Of a DNA stretch of 64,000 bases, positions 24,958 through 38,734 are shown piece by piece (positions within the stretch are counted from its first letter, which is position 1; each line of letters starts with the position of its first letter). The stretch is from positions 106,952,001-107,016,000 of the forward strand of contig CM059432.1 of assembly GCA_030390025.1 (NCBI GenBank). Direction: 5' to 3'. Under the pieces are notes generated by a model that ran no database searches, was not told the DNA's origin, and was given only the letters and a program-made list of their open reading frames with translations. Both the position numbers and the translations under genes were made by a program. The stretch is from Squalus acanthias (taxonomy: Eukaryota).

Positions 24958-25837
24958 AGTAGGCATAACCGATAATAGACTTGAGATTGCAACAAACTCT
25001 CGAACCAGGGGACGTGGGCTTAAGCTTGGAAGAGGGAAAGTGCACAATTTAGATTTAACTGCTTTACACAGAAGGTGGTGAATGTGTGGGATGGCCCTGC
25101 TTCTGGAGGTAGCTGAAGCAGATCATGTGGAAAATGTTATGGGAAAATTGCAGAAATACTTGCGGGTTGGGTGATTAAGAGGTTTTGTTTTTGGGACAGG
25201 CAAATGGACTACCGTGTTTTCTTTTGATCTGTATCAAGGGATATGAATCCGTGGCGGTCAAATGGAGCTGAGGTGCAGATCAACCATGATCTAATTGAAT
25301 GGCGGAACAGGCTCAAGGGGCTGAATGGCCTCATCCTGTTCCTATGTTCTGGTCCTGTATCTATGTCCTATATTCCTAATGCTGTCAGCTTGATTCAGCT
25401 TCAGTGTACTATGGTGTGTGCTGGAGATTCAAATGCTGGTCCATATCATGTATGTTATGCTGGCCTGGGATGAACTTTGAAGCATCATTCATTGCACTTA
25501 GGTTCACAGACATGGTTCCAAGCAACCAATCTGATACAACCCATCTTGCACCCTAGCCCATATCCCATTCCTTCATCCTTGCTTTTCATTTTCCTACACC
25601 ATGATTACAGTTAGCTTTGACATTTTTCTCATTTGCTGCAGACCTCCCAAGGAACTTCTCTAAAGCACAATTGAAACATAAAACTACCCTGGTATCCCCT
25701 CTGGTATGCATGTGGATGTGTGACTGCTTTTTTTAGTGAGAAAATGTCTTTTTTTTAAAAAAAGCATTAAAACCACCTGCAAACTGTGACAGAATGAAGT
25801 GGATTATTTTATTAATTTGTGGTTTTTTTTGTTTCAG

Positions 25838-26049
25838 CACCAAAAGGAGAGCCAATCGTCTACAGTGTGGAGACATTAGTCATTTTTGTAGTTAGTCCAG
25901 TCATCGTGCTAGTAGTTTTGTCTGTGGTTGCTGTCCTGATTTGCCGGAAAATTCACCAGAATAGGATGCAAAGGTTACACGCCCGTGATGCTGAAAATGG
26001 AGCAATTGATGGCCTAATAGCTTCCAATGTGGGAGATAGTACACTTGCG
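25838..26049 (+). CDS. acvr1l: ACVR1-family receptor exon: juxtamembrane, transmembrane helix and start of cytoplasmic region
   Basis: Acceptor tttgtttcag|, donor |gtaatc. Translates (phase 1) PKGEPIVYSVETLVIFVVSPVIVLVVLSVVAVLICRK..GAIDGLIASNVGDSTLA. Confidence 0.92.
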
Positions 26050-26878
26050 GTAATCAGTTTTTACTGTTTTTATAATTCTTTAAAGCAAATGGGTGTTGTT
26101 TAAATGTGAGGAGTGTACAAGCTGCAGCTGGAGGATAGAATGCTGTTAACTATATAAGAGTACATAATTAGTTCATTAAAAATACAGTATGGAAATAGAT
26201 TCAGTCTTTATAGCCTTCACTACGAAAAACTTGAAAAACAGTGTATTTAATATCAAATTATATCAAAATAAGTTTCAAAGACCATAAGTTTCATTTTTTT
26301 TGTAAAATGAAATCCTTAGGTTTAATTGTGCTCATAAATCAACCATCAGATTTGCATTGTAGAAACTACTGGTAGATTTACAGAACACTCCCACAGCACA
26401 TAAATTTCAATTTACAGTTAGGGTACCTGATCCTAGTTAAACTAAATTGTATACTTGGGAGGAATAAAACTACCTCCACACTCTTCAGTTATAGTTCATA
26501 ATGGTCTGGCTATAGACAATTAATATCTTTGTTTGCACCACTTACCTCTTAAGTCCAGATCACCAATGGGCAGGACCTCTTGGGCATAGCTTTTCAACAC
26601 GTTTCTTAGTATGGGTGGCGCTGGAATGTCACCCATATAACTTTCTCAGACTGTATATCATAGGCTCCACCTCCAGGAGTAGTTTATTCTTTTCCCACTT
26701 TCTGCTTCAGACACTGCTCTCTGAAGTTTTCCACATTAGTCAAGCAGATTCAGCAAATTTTATTTATAGAAACATAGAATCTAGGAGCAGGAGTAGGCCA
26801 TTCGGCCCGTCGAGCCTACACCACCATTCAATACGATCATGGCTGATCATTCAAATCCAGTACCCTGTCCCTGCTTTA

Positions 26879-27187
26879 ATCCCCACAGTACACATATCCC
26901 ACCCTACCCCCGTAACCCCACGTATTTAATTCCCCCTAACATGTCCCATCCTATCCCCATAACCCCACATATTTAATCCCCCCCTAACACTAAGGGTCAA
27001 TTTATCATAGCCAAATCAACCTAACCCGCACATTTTTGGACTGTGGGAGGAAACCGGAGCACCCGGAGGAAACCCACGCAGACACGGGGAGAATGTGCAA
27101 ACTCCACACAGACAGTCACCCGAGGTCAGATTCGAACCCGGGTCCCTGGCGCTGTAAGGCACCAGTGCTAACCACTATGCCACCGTG
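26879..27187 (-). mobile_element. V-SINE (HE1-like), next to a CR1 3' tail fragment at about 26766-26878
   Basis: Reverse complement of the 20164 SINE. Contains a short internal duplication (ccccgtaaccccacgtatttaat..taaca twice). Confidence 0.85.
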
Positions 27188-29861
27188 TTGCCATTTATGC
27201 TAGCATTCATTTTTTTTCTTGGACAGTCGGAGTTTACTGGGAACATGGGTAGGTATCCAGATTCAAACACTGTTCTAAGTGCTGGCAAGCATTTTCAGCA
27301 CCAAGATATAACACTCTGCCTGTTCAATGTGCTTAACCTCTCCAAGGGTCTGCACCACTGGGAAGTGAAGGCCAGAGGCTTTGTCACTGGGCAGAATAAG
27401 TCCTGGAGCCTTCAAAGTAACTGTCCGAGTCAGCGTAGCATTCCGTCATTTGGATACCAGGTTTTGACAGGACCATTCAAACCCCTTGGAGGCTAAACTA
27501 TGTCATTGTTCCTGTTGTGCCATCAGCATCTGTGTTAATGCAACGGCTGCAAGAGCCAAACCCAGGGATCCAAACTGCAATTCTGAGGAGCTGCTGCAAG
27601 TAAATCCTTAAAAAAAAAACTATATTCCAAGGAAGCAGGAGGTGGTTAAGTCCCATCCAGTACAGAGTGGACCCTGTTCAAAGGTCTGTTAATCAAGATG
27701 GTGGTTCGTTCTGAATTCTTAATCAAAACTAATCACACTGTATCTTCTATTCTTGGAATACTGGAAGTGCTGTTTTGTGCACAATTTTTGATTCCTTGTG
27801 ATTAAACTCGGGGTTTATGGCAAAAAATAAGTCAGGGTAAACTGCATTTATAATATCCTCTGAGTCTCGGATGTCCAGGTAAGAAGGATCAGGAGCTTTG
27901 GGGCCCCACAAAGCCTCCAGGTTCCTATGCAGATTACCGGCAAAGGGTTCACGAATGACTCTGTCATTGCACAATAGCATACTTGCCAGATGCTCTCGTC
28001 TTGAGTGAGTGGCTTTAGTCCTCATTAGTGTCGTGGCTTTGAAATCAGCATTTCTGAATCTGGTTGAACTTGTTCCTCAAAGCATAGCTAGAATTCTACG
28101 GATCTCAGTCAGCTTCTGCAGCATTTCTGTGACACGTCTGTCCAGGGTTTGGAGACACCTCTATCTCAAATGGGCCAGAATTTGCGGTCGGTATGACGGC
28201 GTACTCTGAGTACGCCATGATACTGCCTTTGAAATGGACAGCAAGTTCGGGATTTCCCTAAATCCCAAACTTGCAATCTGTCAAGTTCTGACTTGATAGA
28301 TGATTCGCACCGGCTAATTGCCCACCAACTACGTATGGAAAATTTTACAGCTGGTGCAAGCAGGCGCAGGGCCTGTTTGCACAGCGTAAGGGGATACGTC
28401 CTGATAAAATAATTGAGAAATTGCACTCCATTACTTAAAAAGGAAGGTTAAACAGTAACACGAAGTGGTGAAAATAGCTTTCCAATTTGTACATGAAAAA
28501 AATAAATGATTTGCTTAGATGATTCTGAAATGCATATTATGGAAGATCGAGCATAGTTCCCAGAGACTACAGGAATTCCAATGTGTGTTAGAAAGCCGCA
28601 CTTCAAGTTTGCTGTGCAGAGAGAAAACATCTCCAGCTCTACTCGCAGCAGGTCTGGGGTCAGTCCTCTCTGGAGGGAAGCACTCTAACTGGAGAACACT
28701 TGGTTGTGTGTAGCCCAGAAGGGTAGTGGTGATTGTCAATCTAACTTATTGGAAATTAAACTTGCTCTAAATCAGTACTTTTTTAAAAAGCCAAGTAGCA
28801 CCACAATTTAGAGCTATTCAATCTTTTTTAAACACCCCAGACCCCAAAATCACAAATTTAAGTATATTTTTGAAGTACTGATGTCTAGTGGCGAATAGCC
28901 CTACAATCTCTAATAGTATTAATGAGAGACCTTCAGTTTGCTGATTGGAGCACCGGCCCATGTAATCCCGGGTACACTTCCGCACACAGTGCGCACCTGG
29001 GATCGGTGGGCCACTACACTGCCCTCTACTCCGCGGCGTCTGACAGCAACTTCTCAGAGGAGGGTTCCCAGCAGGTAAATACGCATTTGGTTCAGATTCT
29101 GGCGGCGTAATCCTTCGTTTTACTGTATTTTTAAAAAAGGTTGAGTAGGTTTTATTTAGAATAATTGTGGATTGTAAACTGTTTCCAAGAAATCTACTGA
29201 GCCTCGCCTCCCAAGTTCTTGTGTGTTGTTTAGCTTTTACAGTTATAGCTGGCACTTTGCACCTAACTCGCTCATCTGACTTTTCGCCTAGTCAGGTGAG
29301 ACAGCTAGGTGTTAAATAACTTTGTTATTAATACCTGGTATTCTAAATTAGAATGGTGTAATCTGACACAAGTCTTCTGATCTGCATTGATTGGAATTTG
29401 ATTAAGACCCATGCATTTCACACCTTGCACACTTACCTGCAAAACTGTACTCAAAGTTCCTGCAAAATCAGCTGATAAGGCAGAGAGATCAGTGGTGTTA
29501 CATAATTCCCTCTTCACTTCTGATGAGGATAGGATAGGAGGATCAAGTAGGTAGTTTCTAGTTTTAAGAAATCATACTGTCCATTCAATTATCCCTTTCG
29601 GTGACTATACTGTGGTTGTGTGCAAATGATATTCCCATTCAAAGAACCAGCATTCAACAAGCTACCTTAATCTCATTCTTCAGTTGGCCTTCCCAGTTTT
29701 TTCCCCTCCCTGACTCATCGCAAACTCTCTCCAAAGAGAATTGTTGTGCAAATGTAAATTAAGACCAGAGTTCCAATGTTGACATCACTCTGAAATGTTG
29801 TAACCATCTAATAATGACTGCAGCTTCTAAATTAATGATGTTTCATGTTCTTCATTCTTAG

Positions 29862-29966
<105 letters not shown>

Positions 29967-30459
29967 TAAAACAATTCAAAACCTCAGCCATATTTACTCG
30001 AAATATGCGATTTGACCATGGCCACCAAGTAAGCAAGAATGCGGACATTTCAATTTATTCGATAGACTCTGCTCTTAGCAAGATGGTTGGATGCATTGTT
30101 CTTTTGGAGATTGCCAGTGAAATACTTGTTCGTCAGCAGCCCATTTCATCCGATTGACTTGGCAGTACAACACTGTCAGTCTTCACATCGTGGGCATTCG
30201 ACTGATGAGAAAGCTGTCTTTGTAGCTATTCAGATGCCCTTTTTTAAGCCGCCACTTCCAAAATGGGTTGTGGGAGTAGGAAGGCTGAAGAAAAAGGGAG
30301 AGTGAACAATTTTAAATTTAACAAAGTAGCAAAATAGTGAAATTAAAATAAAAGTCTAGAGAGAAAGACAATACAAGGTTTAAAAAGACATAATTGGTTG
30401 AACTAAATTAGTATTTCTTTAAAAAAAAAATTACTTTTATTAATTTGTTTTTAGTATTT

Positions 30460-33400
30460 CGGAGCTTGAGCGGCAGCTGGAGTCACTGCGGTGCATCTGT
30501 GAGGCTGAGAGTTACGTGGATAGCACGTTTCTAGAGGTGGTCACCTCGCAGCTTAAGAGAATGCAGGCAGAGGGGGAATGGGTGACCGCCAGACAGAAGA
30601 GGAGGACCAGGCAGGTAGTGCAGGAGTTCCCGGAGTGCATCGCGCTCTCCAACCAGTATTCTGTTCTGAGTACTGGTGAGGGCGATGGTTCCTCTGGGGA
30701 GTGCAGCCAGAGTCAAGTCCACGGCACTACGGTTGGCTCAGCTGCACAGGGGGCGAGGAAAAAGAGTGGAAGAACAATAGTGGTCAGAGATTCGATAGTT
30801 AGGGGAGCAGACAGGCGTTTCTGTGGCCGCAGACGTGACTCCAGGATGGTATGTTGCCTCCCTGGTGCCAGGGTCAAGGATGTCACTGAGCGGCTGCAGG
30901 ACACTCTTGAGGGGGTAGGGTGAACAACCAGAGGTCGTTGACCATATCTATCAACGACATAGGCAGAAAGAGGGATGAGGTCCTGCAGGCAGAGTTTAGG
31001 GGGCTAGGAGAGAGATTAAAAAGCAGGGCCTCAAAGGTAGTAATCTCCGGATTACTCCCGGTGCCACGTGCTAGTGAGTACAGGAATAGGAGGATAGAAC
31101 AGATGAATGCGTGGCTGGAGAGATGGTGCAGGAGAGGAGGGATTTAGATTCCTGAGGCATTAGGACCGTTTCTGGGGAAGGTGGGACCTGTACAAGCCGG
31201 ACAGGTTACACCTCAATAGAGCCAGGACCAATATTCTCGCAGGGAGGATTGTTAGTGCTGTTGGAGAGGGTTTAAACTAGCTTGGCAGGGGGATGGGCAC
31301 CAGCATATAGGAGTAGAAAAGAGGAATAAGGTGCATAAAAGAGTGAGTGTGTTGGATAGTACTAGAGAAGATAGTACTAGAGGCGGTAGTAGTACCATAT
31401 TAGATAGGAGCAGACTAAGAAAGACTACGAAAAATTCAAAAATGGGTTTAGAATGCATGTACGTAAACGCACAGTGTGGTGAATAAGGTTGGTGAGCTAC
31501 AAGCACAATTAGCTCTGTGGCAATATGATGTTGTGGCAATAATGGAAACGTGGCTTAAAAATGGTGAGGACTGGGCACTTGATATTCAAGGGTACAAGGT
31601 GTTCAGAAAAAATAGGGAAGGAAAAAAGGGAGGTGGGGTGGCAGCGCTGATTAAGGAAGACATTGTAGTGTTGGAAAGGGAGGATGTTCTTGAGGGGACA
31701 AGGATAGAATCCATTTGGTTAGAGTTGAGGAGCAAAAAGGGTATGATCACACTATTGGGGGTATTCTATAGGCCTCCAAATAGTGAGAGGGAGGTAGAGG
31801 AGCAAATCTGCAGGGAAATCGCAGAGATATGCAAGAGCTATAGAGTGGTGATATTGGGGGACTTTAATTACCCAAATATCGATTGGGATAATGCTAGGGT
31901 AAAGGGAAAGGAGGGGGAAGAATTTCTGAAATGTGTTCAGGAGACTTTCCTTGACCAATATGTTCTTGGCCCAACTAGGAAGGAGGCATTGCTGGATCTG
32001 GTGCTGGGGAATGAGGTGGGCCAGGTTGACCAAGTGTCTGTGGGAGAACACTTGGGTACGAGTGATCATCGTATCATAAGATTTAGATTAGCAATGGAGA
32101 GAAACAAGGAACAATCTAGAGTGGAACTTCTAAACTGGAATAGGGCTAACTTCAGTGGGATGTGAAAGGATCTAGCCAGGGTAAAATGGAACCAAAGACT
32201 GATGGGGAAAACTGTAACGGAACAATGGGTGATCTTTAAGGAGGAGATGTTGCAAGTACAGGCTAGGTACATTCCAACAAGAGGGAAGGGTAAGGGAACC
32301 ACAGCAAGGGCTCCTTGCATGATGAGGGAGATAGAGAAGATGATGAAACAAAAAAAGAGGGTGTATGATGAATGTCAGGTGAATTCTTCAAGGGAGAACC
32401 AGACCAAATACAGTAAGTTGAGGGGAGATGTGAAGTTGAAAATAAGATTGGCAAAGAGAGAATATGAGAGTAGAATGGCGGTTAACAAAAATGGGAACCC
32501 AAAAGTCGTCTTTTGTAAACAGTAAACAGTAAGCGGGTAGTAAGAGGCGGGGTGGGGCGTATTAGAGACAAAGAAGGTGATATATGCTTAGAGGCACAGG
32601 GCAAGGCTAGAATACTCAGTGAGTACTTTGTATCGGTGTTTACTAAGGAGGTGGATGCTGACAAAATATCGGTAGAAGTGGAAAAGGTAGAAGCAATGGA
32701 AGGGGTGAAAATTGATAGGCAGGATGTACTGGAAAGGCTGGGTATGCTTAGCGTGGACAAGTCGCCTGGTTCTGATGGCTTGCATCCCAGGTTGCTAAGG
32801 GAATTGGGGGAGGAGATAGTGGAAGGGCTTGCCATAATTTTCCACTCTTCCCTAGATGCGGGGGAGGTGCCTGAGGATTGGAAAGTGGCAAATGTGACAC
32901 CATTGTTCAAGAAAGGGTGCAAGGACAATCCTAGTAACTACAGGCCTGTCAGTTTAACATCAGTGGTGGGTAAAGTTTTAGAAACAATAATCAAGGAAAA
33001 AATTAACGGGCATTTGGAGAGGTTTAAGCTAATTAAGGAGAGTCAACACGGGTTTGTAAAAGGCAGATCGTGTTTGACTAATCTAATTGAATTTTTTGAT
33101 GAAGTAACGGAGAGGATTGATGAAGGGAATGCAATGGATGTTGTCTACATGGAAGGCGTTTGACAAAGTACCACATAGAAGGCTGGTTAACAAAATTGAG
33201 GCTCATGGAATAGGTAGGTCAGTGGCAGCTTGGATAAGGAATTGGCTTAAGGACAGAAAATGACGAGTTGTGGTAAATGGCTGTTTTTCAGACTGGAGGA
33301 TGGTAGACAGTGGTGTTCCCCAAGGGTCAGTGCTGGGGCCACTGCTTTTTTTGATATATATAAATGACCTGGATATTGGAATACAGAGTAGAATTTCTAA

Positions 33401-34290
33401 ATTTGCCGATGACACCAAACTTGGGGATGTGGTAAACAGTGATGATATCAATCGACTGCAACAGGACATAGAAAGGCGAGCAGAATTGGCAGAAAAGTGG
33501 CAGATGGAATTTAATACAGAGAAGTGTGAGGTGATGCATTTTGGCAGAAGGAACGGAGAGGCAATATACACTTAATGGCACAGTTTTGAAGAGTGTGCAG
33601 GGACAGAGGGACCTGGGAGTTAATGTGCATAGGTCACTGAAGGTGGCAGGACATATTGAGAGAGTGGTTAACAAACCATATGTGATCTTGGGCTTCATAA
33701 ATAGAGGTATTGAGTACAAAAGTAGAGAAGTTATGCTGAACCTTTATAAAGCGCTGGTTAGGCCACAACTCGAGTATTGCATCCAGTTCTGGTCACCACA
33801 CTTTAGGAAGGATGTGAAGGCCCTTGAGAGGGTGCAGAGGAGATTTACCAGAATGCTTCCGGGGATGGGGGATCTTAGCTACAAGGACAGGTTGGAGAAG
33901 CTGGATTTGTTTTCATTAGAGCAAAGGAGGTTGACTGGTGATTTGATAGAGGTATACAAGATTATGACAGGTTTGGATAGGCTAGACGGGAAAAGGCTGT
34001 TCCCAGTAGTTGATGGTACAAGGACTAGGGGACGCAGATTTAAGGTTTTGGGCAAGAGATACAGGGGGGACGTGAGGAAAATAAAATTTACGCAGCGAGT
34101 GGTGATGACCTGGAACTCGCTGTCGACGGAAGTGGTGGAAGTGGAGACACTTAATGTTTTCAAGGGGAGACTGGATAGTCACTTGAGGGAAATAAACTTG
34201 CAGGGGAATGGGACTGACTGGATTGCTCTACAGAGAGCCAGCATGGACTCGATTGGCCGAATGGCCTCCTTCTGTGCCGTTATGACTCTA
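30460..34290 (+). mobile_element. CR1 LINE copy F, near full length (ORF1 esterase + ORF2 EN/RT), frameshifted
   Basis: [64 protein letters not shown]. Tail ends at about 34290. Confidence 0.93.
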
Positions 34291-35282
34291 TTTTAGTTGT
34301 ATAGGGTTAATATTACAGTAGGTCAGCTGAAGCTTACAAAACTGGTCGCCCTGGGGAGGCAGGAATTTTCCTGAACAAGCCAAGTGTCTGAAGGTTACGG
34401 TTTTCACCATAAGGTGGCCAAATGTACAGCTTAAATGTTTGCAGAAATGTCTGATTTTAGTTTAGCATGTCAACCGCCTAGAAAATTTTTGTCCAATGAG
34501 AATAAGTCCACAAATATCAAATTGGAAGGGGAAATATGTGTTTACATGAAAAAACTTTTGGCACATTAACCATTGGAAAGCAAAATGATGCAATCCAGAC
34601 AGTACAGAAAAACACCTAGCAGACAATTATTTACACTAAGGCTTCCTTGCCCCAGTACTAAAGAGTCTTGTGGGTAGAGCAATTGAGGAAGTAAAACTGC
34701 AAGGTTTGCTATAAAGCTAGAAATGTAAATATTTTAACAGCGTACTTATTAGGGAAGTCTGTAATGCACTAAAAGTAAAATCTGAAAATGAACAAAGGTG
34801 TCGTGGAAACCTTTCTCCTGTATAGCCCCAAAACATGAATCCTGGAAGGGCCTGGTATCAGAAAACACAGTAAGGAAGACAAAAATCTATAGTGAATTGT
34901 GAAAACTGTAATGGAAATATACAGTCAAAGCTAAGGATGACACCAGTTACCCAATGCAGAACATTTGTAAAGCCAGAAGTTGCAAATTCCTGATTCAACT
35001 ATGTCAAAGTAATCAAGACAGTGTTAATGGTTAAAAAGTCAGCCACATGTCCAAAACAAATCTTACACGGTGCAGGTGAATGGTTAACAAGCACAATGTC
35101 ATGTGAAACAGGGTGAAATGTTCCAGAGCAGAAATCCAGTTCAGAAGCTTTAGAGAAACATTAAGTATTAGAGGAACAGATTTAGATATGGTAGAATACG
35201 TATAACATGTTTAGATGTGGTAAGTAACTGTAACAAGTTTGTATATCATAGTGTGTGTGTAATAGGTCTAGGTTTGGTATAG

Positions 35283-36617
35283 AAGAGCATGCCAGGAGCA
35301 GCATCAGGCATACCTAAAAATGAGGTGCCAACCTGGGGATGCTGCAACACAGTACTACATGCATGCTTAGCAGCATGCTATCGACAGAGCTAAGCGATTC
35401 CACAACCAACGGATCAGATCAAAGCTCTGCAGTCCTGCCACATCCAGTCGTGAATGGTGGTAAACAATTACACAACTAACAGGAGGAGGAAGCTTCATGA
35501 ACATCCCCATCCTCAATGATGGAGGAGCCCAGCACACGAGTGCAAAAGACAAGGCTAAAGCGTTTGCAACCATCTTCAGCCAGAAGTGTCGAGTGGATGA
35601 TCCATATTGACCTCAACCTGAGGTTCCCACCATCACAGAAGCCAGTCTTCAGCCAATTTGATTCACTCCACGTGATAAAGAAATGGCTGAGCGCACTGGA
35701 TACAGCAAAGGCTATGGGCCCCGACAACATCCCGGCTGTCGTGCTGAAGACTTGTGCTCCAGAAATAGCCACGCATCTTGCCAAGCTGTTCCAGTAGAGC
35801 TACAACACTGGCATCTACCCGACAATGTGGAAAACTGCCCAGGTATGCCTTGTCCACAAAAAGCAGGACAAATCAAATCCAATTTGGCTAATTACTGCCC
35901 CATCAGTCTCCTCTCAATCATCCGCAAAGTGATGGAAGGTGTTGTCGACAGTGCTATCAAGTGCCACTTACTCACCAATAACCTGCTCACTGATGCTCAG
36001 TTTGGGTTCCACCAGGACCACTCCAGACATCATTACAGCCTTGGTCCAATATGGACAAAAGAGCTGAATTCCAGAGGTGAGGTGAGAGTGACTGCCCTTG
36101 ACATCAAGGCAGCATTTGATCGAGTGTGGCATCAAGCAGCCCTCGTAAAATTGAAGTCAATGGGAATCGGGGAACAAAGCAGCCCGCTTGATTGGCACCC
36201 CATCCACCACCTTAAACATTCACTCCCTCCACCACCGGCGTACCGTGGCTGCAGTGTGTACCATCTACAAGATGCACTGCAAGCAACTCACCAAGGCTTC
36301 TTTGACAGCGCCTCCCAAACCCGTGACCTCTACCACCTAGAAGGACAAGGGCAGTAGACGCATGGGAACACCACCACCTCCAAGTTCCCCTCCAACTCCC
36401 ACACCATCCTGACTTGGAAATATATCACCGTTCCTTCATCGTCGCTGGGTCAAAATCCTGGAACTCCCTACAGCACTGTGGGAGTACCTTCACCACACAG
36501 ACTGCAGCGGTTCAAGAAGGCAACTCACCACCACCTTCTCAATGGCAATTACGGATAGGCAATAAATGCTGGCTTTGCCAGCGATGCCCACATCCCAGGA
36601 ACGAATATTAAAAAAAG
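35283..36617 (+). mobile_element. Second LINE family copy with internal deletion and short poly(A)
   Basis: KAMGPDNIPAVVLKTCAPE, NYCPISLLSII and ALDIKAAFDRVWH. Jumps to the C-terminal region near 36175 and ends in an A-run at 36610-36617. Confidence 0.85.
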
Positions 36618-37273
36618 GTGCAACAGGCTTGGGTGTGGTAGAATAGGTGTAAACGTTATAGGTATTGTAAAATAGCGCTGTCAGATTTGGGGAACTGCCA
36701 AAATACAAGTTATGCACTTGCTCTACCTTATCTGTCTAAACATGTTAATCTTATTTACCTTACCCAATATCTGCTGTTCTGATCATCCGCTAGATGTTTC
36801 ATGGGATTAAGCTTTGAGATTCTCTCTCTTTATCCAGCCACTTACACCAATCCTCTGCTGTCTGACGTAGCAATAAAGAAAAAAGAATAAAAGAAATTCA
36901 GTTTATGTTTATATTCTATTCTCCATTCCCATAGTGTTTTGTGGCATCGTACATTTAAGACCTGAGTTTGGGGGCTTGTTACTATCTGTCAGTTTGATTT
37001 ATCTATTTGGTTTGGGCAGGGGAGAAGAGGGTGGTTCCCTTCAATTCAGTCAATTCAGATACCAGGGTAATTGAGCTTAGCTGAGACCAAGAAAAATGTG
37101 TGGTAAATTGCCAAGTTTGCAATATTTCTATGTAAAACAATGTTACTGTAATTTTTTTGTTTTAACATCTTCACCTTAGAATTCTTGGTTCAGTCTAAGA
37201 AGCTCAAAAAAGGAAGAAATGTTTCCTACTCCAACACAAACTAAATTTCAGCATCACAAAAAATATTCAAAGG

Positions 37274-38507
37274 ACTTGACTGAATTTTTTGGAAGAGATA
37301 GCAAGGAGGGTCGATAAGGGTAGCGCCTTTGATGTAGTCTACGTGGATTTTAGCAAGGCTTTTGACAAGGTCCCACATGGCAAGTTGGTCAGAAAAGTAA
37401 AAGCCCATGGGATCTGCGGGAAAGTGGCAAGTTGGATCCAAAATTGGCTCAGTGGCAGGAGCAAAGGGTAATGGACGACGGGTGTTTTTGTGACTGGAAG
37501 GCTGTTTCCAGTGGGGTTCCGCAGGGCTCAGTACTAGCTCTCTTGCTTTTTGTGGTATATATCAATGATTTAGACTTCAATGTAGGGGACATGATTAAGA
37601 TGTTTGCAGATAATACAAAAATTAGTCATGTTGATAGTGAGGAAGAAAGCTGTAGACTGCAGGAAGATATCAATGGACTGGTCAGGTGGGCAGAAAAGTG
37701 GCAAATGGAATTCAATCCGTAGAAGTGAGATATAATACATTTGGGGAGGGCTAACGAGGCAAGGGAATGCACAATAAATGTTAGGATACTGAGAAGTGTA
37801 GAGGAACAGAGGGACCTTGGAGTGCATGTCCACAGATCCCTGAAGGTAGCAGAAGGTAGATAAGGTGGTTAAGAAGGCATACAGGATACTTTCCTTTATT
37901 GGCCAAGGTATAGAATATAAGAGCAGGGAGGTTATGCTTGAAATGTATAAAACACTAGTTAGGCCTCAGCTAGAGTACTGCGTACAGTTCTGGTCACCAC
38001 ATTACAGGAAAGATGTGATTGCACTAGAGAGGGTACAGAGGAGATTTATAAGGATGTTGCCAGGACTGGAGAATTTTAGCTATGAGGAAAGATTGGCTAG
38101 GCTGTGCTTGTTTTCTTTGGAACAGAGGAGACTGAGGGGAGACTTAATTGAGGTGTATAAAATTATGAGGGGCCTAGATAGAGTGGATAGGGATTTCCTT
38201 TAGCAGAAGGGTCAATAACCAGGCGGCATAGATTTAAAGTAATGGTAGAAGGATTAGAGGGGATTTGGGAACGTTTTTCACCCAGAGGGTGGTGGGGATC
38301 TGGAACTCACTGCCTGAAAGGGTGGTCGAGGCAGAAACCCTCATCGCATTTAAAAAGTACTTGGACAGGCACTTGAAGTACTGTAACCTACAAGGCTATG
38401 GACCAAGTGCTGGAAAGTGGGATTAGGCTGGATAGCTCTTTTTTTGGCCGGCACAGACACGGTGGGCCGAATGGCCTCCGTGCTATAAATTTCTATGATT
38501 CTATGAC
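37274..38507 (+). mobile_element. CR1 LINE copy G (5'-truncated)
   Basis: [19 protein letters not shown] and RPQLEYC, with tail ttctatgattctatga. Confidence 0.92.
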
Positions 38508-38545
38508 TACTAAAAAAAAAATTCATTTCTTTCCTCCCAAAACAG

Positions 38546-38692
38546 GAAAGGGTCGTTATGGAGAAGTTTGGAGAGGTCAGTGGCAAGGCGAAAATGTTGC
38601 TGTGAAAATTTTCTCATCTAGAGACGAGAAATCCTGGTTTAGAGAGACTGAAATTTATAATACTGTTCTTCTTCGTCACGAGAATATATTAG
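38546..38692 (+). CDS. acvr1l: ACVR1-family exon: kinase N-lobe
   Basis: aaacag|GA AAG..TTA G|gtgaga, 147 bp, [49 protein letters not shown]. Confidence 0.96.
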
Positions 38693-38734
38693 GTGAGAAT
38701 ATACACATACAGGTTTCACATGTTGGCCAACGAC

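Noticed and set aside
1..25837. Ectodomain or signal-peptide exons of the receptor
   Set aside because: By eye I found no Cys-rich activin-receptor exon (CC..WCN-type box) in the non-repeat gaps. They are probably upstream of the window, although a miss is possible.
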